The notes under the pieces: model-generated
Told to the model about the DNA's origin: nothing
Databases searched by the model: none
Seen by the model: only the letters and a program-made list of their open reading frames with translations
NCBI RefSeq assembly: GCF_009914755.1
Contig: NC_060935.1
Direction: 5' to 3' (one strand)
DNA length: 64,000 nt
Source: the human T2T-CHM13v2.0 reference genome, Homo sapiens
Shown: positions 53,665 through 64,000 of the stretch, piece after piece
Position numbering within the stretch: the first letter of the stretch is position 1
Layout: each line of letters begins with the position of its first letter
Made by a program: the position numbers and the translations under genes

Positions 53665-54555
53665 AAGGAAAACAACTGAAAGTATTTGTTGCTGATGCTA
53701 AAATTTGAGCTTTTAGGAAAACAAGAATTTTGGAAAACTTGTATTCACCAATATTTCTCAATATTTGACTTTGGAAAATTTGTAACCACCAACAGCTTCC
53801 CAATACTAAAAAGGCTTGTTTTTTTTTTTTTGGTTTTTTTTGTTTGTTTGTTTGTTTTAAAGACATCGATGGTGGATAACAAATGTGACTTTAAAAAAAT
53901 TATATAATGCAATGTGTCAACATTTAGAGATCTGCATAATCTATGTAATTCAGTGAACAATTATTTTCCAAGTAACCAATGTATGATGTTACAAAATCAT
54001 TCACTAAAGATCCATTCAAAGTGCAAGGTAGACCAATGGATTTTAATGTAACAAATTTCAAAAAGTTCATTGATATGGTTTCAGTTTTCATATGACAACT
54101 AGTTTTTAAGAAGCTATTACACATCAACGTTTGTTATGGAATGAACAAAGAATAACTGCAGTTTTCTGAAAAGGTTCTATTACTCTTCCCTTTCCCAAAT
54201 ACCTATCTGTGAGAGGCCAGATTGTCTTTACATTTTTCAACCACAACAATATTGCAACAGAATGAATGCAGAGCGGATTTGAGAATGCAGCTGTCTTCAC
54301 TTAACCCAGACATTAAAGAGACTTGCAAAAATGTAAAAAAAAAAAAAAAAAAAGTTCTTTAGGAAATTACAGCTATTTTTCATAAAATATATTTTTATTT
54401 AATACAGTATATTAAATGAATAAATATATTTTTTAAATTTTTAATTTCTAATACAGTAAATGTCAGTAGATCTTCCCCATGTTAACAAAAGCTCTTTGGC
54501 ATCCTCCATTCTTTTTAGGTGTAAAGGTGTCCTGAGACCAAAAAGTTTAGAACTG
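53665..54555 (+). mobile_element. Charlie1-type hAT transposon fragment
   Basis: aaagatccattcaaagtgcaaggtagaccaatggattttaatgtaaca; ccagacattaaagagacttgcaaaaatgtaaaa; end gtcctgagaccaaaaagttt. Confidence 0.8.
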
Positions 54556-55454
54556 TTTTGAGTCTGCTCTGCCTCCACCTTCAGATAGTACATTCCTTTA
54601 AGGGCATCAGACGGGAAAATTAGAAATATCTTGTAGCTCAGGAAATTAGAATTCTTGAGTTTATGGTGACATCCAATTTTTGTTGGTGTCTTTGATTATT
54701 TTCAAGTAAACAATAAAATAAGCTGTCAAGTGTGCTGCTTAATGCTTCTAATCCCCCCTCCCCCCAACTCAATTTCTTTCCAGACCTTTTATTTTTTACC
54801 AAGGACTCTCACCAGGAAAATAATAAGGGACTTTTGCAGTGGTGACTAATTCTTATGTTTAGAGGTTATCAAAGAATGTTAGAGTACTTTAATAGTGAAT
54901 AGCATAATAGTGCTAGCACAGTCATTACTATGCTATTCTGAACTGTTATTCAATTTCTGGGAACGAGCATTAATCATTTGAAATCAAAAGAATCAAAGAA
55001 TCATTGAAGTTTATATCATTTGGTATGAAGAATTGTAAAGATGGTAACTGAAAGAAACTGAAATTTTTTTAGTCCCACTTATAATTTTCTGTTAAATGCA
55101 TGTGCCACTGCTTGTTTCGGTTTATCTGGTAGTTGACAAAACCAATCTACCAGAAATAAATTTGTCGTGTGATGTTCATAACATAAATGTATAATAAGTT
55201 TAATTTTGCATTAGTTTGTTTTTTGACAAAAATAACCACCAAAAATTAAAAACAAAAGAAGCCCACTTACCTACCTGCTTGCATGAAACTGAACAGATCT
55301 CAACTTCCATACATTCCCTCCCATGCATTATTGCTTTTCCCATTTCTTGGTGTTCCTCCCCTTCTCCCATTCTTCTTAGTGACTCTGCACTTGCATTTGA
55401 ATTTAGAAGACCCATCACTACAAATAAGCTTGTACAGATCTGATTATTGTTGTT

Positions 55455-55615
55455 GTTTCGTTTTTAAGAGATGGGATCTCACTCCATCACCCAAGCTGGC
55501 ATGCAGTGGTGCAATCATGGCTCACTCTAGCCTCAGCTGTCTGGCACACGAGATCTTCCTGCCTCAGCCCCTGGAGTAGCTAGGACTACAGACACATGCC
55601 ACCATGCCCAGCTAA
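55455..55615 (-). mobile_element. Alu right monomer (FRAM/AluJ fragment)
   Basis: gagatgggatctcactcc...ccatgcccagctaa; TSD-like AGATCTGAT on both sides. Confidence 0.8.
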
Positions 55616-55784
55616 TAGATCTGATAGTTTTTTAAGACTTACACTTTTGTGGTCATAAAATCAGACAAATGTTACTGTACTCTGGCTTCTGATCTTTTAT
55701 ATTTTCACCTAGTATTTTTGGTAGTTTTGAAACTTACATGTGTGGACAGGATCACTAAAACAATTTTGTATGCTATTTCTTTAT

Positions 55785-55948
55785 GTTTATTTTTATTTTA
55801 TTTTAGAGATGTTGCCCAGGCTGGTGTGCAGTGGCTATTCACAGGCGTGATCATTGTGTACTGCTGCCTCAAACTCCTGGGCTCAAGCAATTCCCTTGCC
55901 TCATCCTCCTGAGTAGCTGGGATGACAGGAGCATGCCACAGCACCTGG
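55785..55948 (-). mobile_element. FAM (fossil Alu monomer)
   Basis: Monomer retaining the 7SL-derived gtgcagtggctattcacaggcgtgatc segment that dimeric Alus lack. Confidence 0.8.
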
Positions 55949-56256
55949 CTTTTATTTCTTTGATAATTGAGTTGAGTTACACAGAAATAATAAAATAGAC
56001 AATTTTCTCCTGTATTGTGTTTAAAGGACTGAATAGTGATTTGCTTTCTGAATCTTCTTTTATTTTTGAAATGATAAGGATTTTCATTTCTTTGCCAATG
56101 GTTGTGGTTCTGAAAGTCACATAAGGGCCTACACCAGAAGAGAAAGCTAATCTGTGGATGTCAATTAGAGGGATATCCATTGGGGTCTGCAAATAAAACC
56201 TGATTATTTATCAACTGACTTCTTCAACTGCAGTTTCCCTTATTATTATTTTTTAG

Positions 56257-56402
56257 GCCAAAGATGAAGAGGAAGCCTTTCTGGATTGGAGTGATGATGA
56301 TGATGATGATGATGATGGATTTGATCCAAGCACACTCCCAGATCCAGATAAATACAGAAGCTCTGAAGATTCAGATAGTGAAGATATGGAAAATAAAATA
56401 AG
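56257..56402 (+). CDS. DDX10: Internal coding exon (146 nt, starts phase 0, ends phase 2) of DEAD-box RNA helicase DDX10, acidic C-terminal region; probably the penultimate exon
   Basis: Pyrimidine-rich acceptor tttcccttattattattttttag|GCC and donor AAG|gtatgt. Open frame AKDEEEAFLDWSDDDDDDDDGFDPSTLPDPDKYRSSEDSDSEDMENKI plus a split AG codon, matching the DDX10 C-terminus as I recall it (...EDMENKISDTKKK...). Confidence 0.95.
56293..56316 (+). repeat. Coding (GAT)8 trinucleotide repeat encoding poly-Asp
   Basis: Eight uninterrupted GAT codons between AGT and GGA. Confidence 0.97.
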
Positions 56403-56890
56403 GTATGTTTTTACTATGGGTATGAAATACATACTTAGTACTCTCACATCAGTCTTTTAATGAATCCAAAAGACATTACTAAGAGTTCTACTCCAAGAGA
56501 TGTTTGTTGCTTTTTTTTGATACCTTTACTTAGATTCCTGGAAATCCTGCTGCTGTTTTTTTACTCATTTTGCTGCAGATTGTTCTGGTCATGTTAGGGC
56601 CTTTTTGATTATTTCTATAATCCCTATTAATAGATATGAGTATGATATATGAGTTGTGTTTTTCCTTTCTCTATTCTTTTTTTTTTTTTCTTATCTTTCT
56701 CTGAGTCCTTTATGCCTAAGTATTTGATGCACTAAAATCTGTTCTCTGCAAACAGAGTTAGGGTTTTATTTTTTTTCATTGTCAGAGAACTCTATTAAAG
56801 ATACTGCTAAAAATTGTCCTTGAATTTTAAAACGTGGACATTATTCTTCCACATTCTTTTATATGGAATTAAATAACAAAATACTGGTGG

Positions 56891-57035
56891 GGCTGGGCGC
56901 TGTGGCTCATGCCTGTAATCCCAACACTTTGGGAGGCTGATATGGGAGGATTGCTTGAAGCCAGGAGTTTGAGACCAGCCTGATCAACAAAGTGAGACCC
57001 CAAATCTACAAAAACAAATTTTTTTTTAATAAATA
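56891..57035 (+). mobile_element. FLAM_C / Alu left monomer
   Basis: ggctgggcgctgtggctcatgcc...gtgagacccc plus A/T tail; TSD AAAATA(C/A)TGG. Confidence 0.88.
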
Positions 57036-59137
57036 AAATAATGGAACACTTGTACAGAAACAACTCTTGACAAATTCCTTCACTTTAAAGTCTATTTGCT
57101 ATTATTTATTTGCTACCATTGGCAGAAACAAATGAAACGTGATGAATAATAATATGACTTGCTCACCATTTGTTTTCAGAGTACTATGTATTAGATTACA
57201 TTAAGAGTTTATTGATTTCAAAGTTGAGAATGTTAAACTTCATGCTCAATCTAAACCAGTGAGCTTCTTTACAGAAGGGAGGTACTAATAACAGATAGAG
57301 TTAGTATGATTGAAGGGAAGAGGAAGCCTGATGGAACCCTTGAAGTGCTAGCACAGGGTGTTTGCAGTTGGAGAAGTAGGCCATAGAGAGCTATAATTTG
57401 TTTTAAACAAGAACATTATGAAAAGGTCTTAAAGATTTTCTTAGGACAAAATGCTGTAGAGAGACAGAGTTACTCTTCATTTGAATCTTATGCATATTTA
57501 AACATGAATTATTTTTTAATAGGAAAATTCACTTATCCAAATTCAGTTTTCTGAGGTGATGCCAGAAACTTCCATTTGCTGTTGGACAACTAGGTGGTTG
57601 AACATATGAGCTTTATATAGTATGTGTAGGCTCTAGGTAGTGGACATCATTGTTTTACTACCACAAGAGGCACCACAGATAAAAATAATTTGATTAGGAT
57701 TTAGAAAAATATACAAATGTTTGTGCCATAAGGATTAAATAATTTAGGTTCTGGGCATATTCCTAATCTTTAAAAATTGACCTCTAAGAGTAAATATACA
57801 TGCTCTGAGTTCCTTGGTGTATGGTCTGAGACCTAGATGAACCCCAGTGGGGTCAGGTTTGCTTCCCCTTGTGTTCCTATATAAATGCACCTCTTTTAGA
57901 ATGGTTTATGGGGTCTGTATTTTGGTAGATGTGATTTAATGTAACATACATGACTTTCAGTCATTGTCTTCCAAGTGTTTCCATGTAACTTGACTCCCTG
58001 GAAGCAACATTAATTGGTTCTTGCATTTCTGCAGCCATATTTTGCATATCTATCTAATATACCTTTAAAAAATAGTCAACCTTTGAAACCTTTGGCAGGA
58101 TGTCAGCAGTCCTTCTGCATTTGATTTATATGGATTTTTTCCCTAACATTTTAGATAGTTTCTGGGTCATCTTTCATCTGTGTACAGCAGGCATTTCATT
58201 TAATTCTTCTGCCATTTCTTGCCCTTATAGTGACATTTCCATGCTACCACCTAGTTAATAGAACTTGTTCTCTAGTAGCTCATGTGTTTCATCCTGTTAA
58301 TTGGCTGTAAATGTTTTGTACCTAGAAATTGTCCTTACATTTTTTTTTTTGGTACCAACACTTAACTGCTCTAGCCTCAATTCCCACCCCTAATATTAAT
58401 GTCATGGCACAGAGAATGCCTTGACATATTTGAATTGATTAATTGATTGATGAAGGAGATTTACAGGGTTAAAAAAGAAATGTAATTATAAGAGACTATA
58501 TCATTGGTCCTAATATTAATAGGTTAAATGATACAAGAGATGACAGAATATAGATGGAGAGTTGGAAGAAGCCAAGTTCATACAGTGTAATGGTGATGAA
58601 CAAGAAGGTAGGAGTACTGTGAGAGATGACAAAGCATCTTAACTTAAAGACAAGGGTTCAGATGGAAAGTATTTAAGCATTATATGAAAATTAAAACAGT
58701 TTTAATTTCATGCACAGCTAACAAGTCAGCATTAGTGGAGACTGGGATTGGTCAACTTGTTTTAAGCTGACAGAAATTGTCTTTTGTTGAAGAGGAGGAT
58801 ATCAACAAGGGCTTGATCACTGATGAGGGATTTTATTCCTGTAGCGTATATAAGGGCTTCCTAGCAGGTTTTTTGTTTTGGCCTGTGAACACAGAGATTG
58901 TCTAATCTTATAGCCTCCTTCTAGATGAAAAAACCAAGGCTTTAAAGGCTAAAATAACTTGTCTGTGATCACAATAAAAGTTAGGGACAGATCAGTGTGA
59001 TCTTTGTAAATTAAACTAACTCCCTAGTTCTAGAATCTCAGTTAGGTTGTATAGAATTACCCTGGTGTTGAGAGAGGTAGCTCAGGATAATGTCATTTGA
59101 CTAAACACCTGGATCCATGGACTAACCATAAGATAGA

Positions 59138-59320
59138 CATGGTTTCCCACCCTCAGCATTATTGATATTCCGGCCCAGATAGTTTTTTGTTTGAGAAAGG
59201 GTATAAGCTGCTTAACATCATCCTTGGCCTCTACCACTAGCATTTGGGACAACTAAAAATGTCTTCAGACATGGCAGGTATCTCTGAGGAAGCAAAATTG
59301 CCCACAGTTGAGAACAACTG
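59138..59320 (+). mobile_element. MER20 hAT MITE
   Basis: cctcagcattattgatatt...ggcctctaccactag...gacaactaaaaatgtct...gttgagaacaactg. Confidence 0.8.
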
Positions 59321-60062
59321 GATTAGACCCCAGATGGCAGATACATATTACTGGTGCTTAATTTCCCCTGTCCTTCAGTCAGAGTAGGTTTTTTCTCTAT
59401 TCACTTCCATTTGGCCTAAGCAGTCCTCAGCACAGTCTCTGTCAATCAATTGGAACTGGTACGGAAGGTAAAACCTATTTGCCATTCCTGGACTAGCAGG
59501 CAGGATTTGGAGTAAATTATAAGTAGTAGCCTACATCTGTAATTTCTATTTATACTTTAATTTCCATTTTTCTCCCTTTTCTGTGGTTTATTTGCCTCAA
59601 TGGCAATGAATCAAGATGTATGTAAACTAAAACCAAAATTGTTTTAGATAAAGAAAATGTATTTGGAAGATTGTATATACTAGAATTTTGACAGTGGTAA
59701 TTGCTGTTGCTGCTAGCATTTGCATAGTAGCGCCAGTAAAGTTTTTCTGTATTCTTCCAGTTTGGCTACACACTGGAAGCATACAGCTTCCATCTGCTTA
59801 TGCTTCTCATAAGCTGTATGATTACGTGCTAAGATCTTATGATGTCAGCTTTAGTGAGTCCTCTTGACATGTTCACAGGTTTTACTTGCTGTGCTGTCTC
59901 TAGCCCTCTACTCAGTAATTGAGGCAATGGCTAGTACTCCAGCCTCTTGGACATCATCACATCTCTCAGTAGGTTATTCTCTGGCTATACACTTAGCATT
60001 TTCAGAGACGAATTCACTCTTATGGGACTAGATAGACCAATTGGAAAGTAGCTATTAGTCCT

Positions 60063-60756
<694 letters not shown>

Positions 60757-61907
60757 CTAGCATGAGCGAGTTTCTTTGAAAATTTCCTCTGGGTGTTTCT
60801 TTTTCCTTTACTTCATTGACACATATAAATATTCAGCATGAGTAACACTTTTGTTTCTCCACATGGAAAAGACACTGTCAGTTGGAACTAGGCAATGGAG
60901 AGCCAGATTTAGTGGAGAATGACAGAATCTGGGGTCAATAGTTCCCCCTCAGGGAGGGCTGACAGGGTTTTAAAGAGTTTTTACTTCTGCCTTCTTTCTC
61001 AGTTCAGTGCATAGCTGCAATAGAATTTAAACTACCTTCGACCCTCTAAAATTATCAGAATTGTTATCTCCAGCACTGAGATTTCAAAAGGGTTCTGATG
61101 TGGATTCAACCCAGTTTAGTTAGCATGACTAAAAGAGAACTTGCTTATAATATGGTTTCAGGGACAAAGAAAATTATGTGACTTTGGGTTTCTTTTAATG
61201 AGCTTTAAGAATACCCCCATGAATAGTTTATTTATCCTCAAAAACAGAGCTGTGAAACAGGGGACCAGCTAATCTACCCGCAGTACAGAAGTAGTTGGGG
61301 CCAGATGTCCAAACTCCATTTAAGGATCTAGGCTTTCATGTGCTATTTTTGATGACAGGTGTAGAAGGGAGAGCTTGATGTTCTCAGGCTTTTTTACTCT
61401 TCTTTATCCATCTTATATATTGGTATAGGCTGTGTTTTACTCTGGCTTTCACCTCTCATTCTTCCTTTGAATATGTGGAATAGGTAGAATTAATAGATGT
61501 TAGGATTTGTTGTTGTTGTTGTTATCATTGGAGACACAACAGCTTAGTAGGAAACCCAGCTCTCTGTTTCAGTGGGCTTTGTGACATTCATTGAATTTAT
61601 TGGTCTGCTGGGAACTGCACAGAGTCCTGTGTTCTTATCTCAAGTAAGTTTTGAAAGAGTTTTGTACCTTTTGAGGAACCAAGACCTCAGATACTGTAAT
61701 TGCCTTTGGGCTAATGAATGATTTTTCATTTCAAATAGTCCATACAATAAAGTTACACCATGTTCAAAATAAAAATATTTTTAAAAGCTTCTATGTGGAG
61801 TGCCAAGGAATAGAGTAAGAATCTTCTGCATTATTTAAATCATATTTTACTTAAGAGTTAAGAATACCCACTTGATCTGTTAGTCTCTGGATTATAACAT
61901 TTCTTCC

Positions 61908-62270
61908 ATCCATTCTTTCAACTAAAAATGTTTTAGTGCCTGTCATGGGCCAGGCATGGATCCAGAAGATAAAACATTAAACAGGAAACATATCTTTCCT
62001 GCTTTCACAAAGCTTTTTGTTCCATGGAGGTTACAGGTAGCTAAATAAGCAATAACACAACAGTGTGATGGATTAGTGCTGTGGTTTGTGCACTTGGGGA
62101 GGCGATGGTGAGTGGAGTAGGTAGGGAATGAACATGGAGACCACATAAGTGATGGGTCCAATCTAGGCCTGGTGGGTCAGAAAGAGCTTCCTGCAGGCAG
62201 TGGTGTCTACACTAAATCGGTCTTAGGTGTAAGTATTAACTGAGCAGAGGGGAGGGTAAATTGCACTTCT
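61908..62270 (-). mobile_element. L2 3' region
   Basis: cattctttcaactaaaaatgttttagtgcctgtcatgggccaggcatgg...tcagaaagagcttcctgcagg. Confidence 0.7.
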
Positions 62271-64000
62271 AAAAAGCGTGGCTTCTAAAGTGAGATGAGT
62301 GTCTTTAACCGTATTCCGTTTAAACTCTTCTTTCAATAAAATTGTTTCTTATAGCTGTGCTTCACAAGCTGAGAGACTTGATTCTGAGCATATAAGATTA
62401 ATTTTTGTATATCTAGTAGCATTTATCATGTTTGGTTTTTGGCCATCTTCGTGTGAATTGCTAATGATGTGAAAATTTGCAAAGTATTAAATACAATGAA
62501 AAAGAAACAGCCGGATGTTCCAGATGTTCATTATCCAGTCAAATTAAATTTTTAATATATATAATCTTAACCTTTTTCAAACAAAAAAAGGAAAAAGAAA
62601 AGGTGATGATTCAACTCTTACTACCTTACATCAATCTTTGCTTTGTAGACTACATTCTCTGAGGCAGGTAGCTTCCTAAAGAATTCTTACATGGTGCAGG
62701 GTATTTCGTAGATTATTCTAGGTAGCATAAGACCAATTACATCTATAGTTTGTACTGAGGCTATTGTCCTCATTTAGACCTGATAACTTCTTTATGGATT
62801 GATACCTTTTCCAGTACAGAGTAAACTATTCCACATCTAAATATAATTAGGTGTTCTTTTAACCTATTTTTACACATCTCTGAATCAAAAGACTAATCAA
62901 GGTTTTTGGTCTGCATGTTTGTTCTTTTATTTGGGTTTTTGTTTTGTTTCTAAAAATCTGTTCCATATTCATTTTTCTATCTTTTGAGTGAACTTGCCTG
63001 TCTTTAAAAATGATCTCTTATGTGAGGTAGATGAACTGCTTTAACCACTGTAGTTTCTCCTAGTATTGAGTTCTGTGACATCTCTTAAATAAGTTTTGCT
63101 CAGTACCTATTCTAAGATTTTACAGTCAGCTTCATAATTTGTGGGAGGCTTTTCACTTGGAAAACAATGTTCTCAGAAGCCATTTTCATTTCTTTCTTGT
63201 TTTTGGATGGAGCTAAAAGAGCTTTTTCTTAGTCTAGGTGATTGTTTAAAAAAACTACTATTCACTGCAGTTTCCAATTACTTGAACCTCTCCTTCATTA
63301 TGAATCTCATTGTGTGTAGAAAATGTAGAAAGAGGTTGGCTCAGCTTAATTATATAGTGAATTTATTGTGTGCCTGCCATTCTTTCCTCTTACTCTTTTC
63401 AGCTTCAGGAGTATATGCCCCCTTCCCATATGCCAAGCAACTTTCAAGAGAAAATCTCAGTCGTTTCTTATTTGTCAAACATTTGAAAATAAGAACAATA
63501 TTTGGAGAAACTCCTGAGGCAGATTGTTGGGGTGGGGTTTGGGAAAGGCAATATTTGTCTTAGGACTTTTAGAGAAAGGTTGCTACACATTGGGGAAGGA
63601 GGATGTTATTTTCTGGGGTGAGGACTGGGTTGAGATGGGGAAGACACAGTTTGAGAAATTGGGAGTTTAAGAAGCTACTCTCTTACTGTTACTGTTTTTG
63701 CCCTGTGCTTTCTACTCTATCATTTAGTCAACCATTATATATAACTTAGGACAGTTGTGAGCCTGTCATTTTTCAGAAGCGCCAGGATCTCTAAGAAGGG
63801 TGAATAGCTCAGGATGCTATGAGGCTAAGATGAACCACCCTTGCTAGTAGGGTTCTCTGGCAGCTGCCCTAACTCTGGTGCACTGCAACTTTGTTTTCAC
63901 TGAAAAGACCTTTGTGAGTGACTTCTTAGGATGTTTCTTTTTGTCATTTCACATTGCATTCACATAGAATGCACTCATGCCTAATGACTGCAAACTTTCT

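Noticed and set aside
56253-56447. 64-aa poly-Ser ORF on the minus strand
   Set aside because: Antisense shadow of the DDX10 exon ((TCA)n complement of (GAT)n).
63141-63563. 140-aa ORF on +
   Set aside because: GTG start, no domain similarity or convincing splice context; does not resemble the expected next DDX10 exon.

Overview
Primate (most likely human) genomic DNA, AT-rich and repeat-dense. The only supportable coding sequence is one 146-nt internal exon at 56257-56402 (+). It translates to AKDEEEAFLDWSDDDDDDDDGFDPSTLPDPDKYRSSEDSDSEDMENKI(S), which I recognise as the acidic C-terminal region of DEAD-box helicase DDX10 (probably the penultimate exon). The rest is DDX10 intron, filled with Alu/FLAM/FAM, MIR, L1, L2, MaLR and ERV1 LTRs and hAT/Tigger DNA-transposon relics. 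None of the ORFs in the supplied track looks like a real gene. I found no evidence for a new multi-gene system. The most notable structures are: a ~360-bp, ~92%-identical inverted duplication of a MER4-type LTR (predicted long dsRNA hairpin ~4 kb upstream of the exon); a homogeneous 30-bp VNTR in a MER21 LTR multiplying an SP/KLF box and a G-quadruplex motif; a full-length decayed tRNA-Glu(CTC) copy inside an ERV1 internal fragment; an inverted duplication within an old L1; and several small fold-back/template-switch signatures. Repeat subfamily names are recalled from consensus sequences and need RepeatMasker/Dfam confirmation; boundaries of old repeats are approximate.
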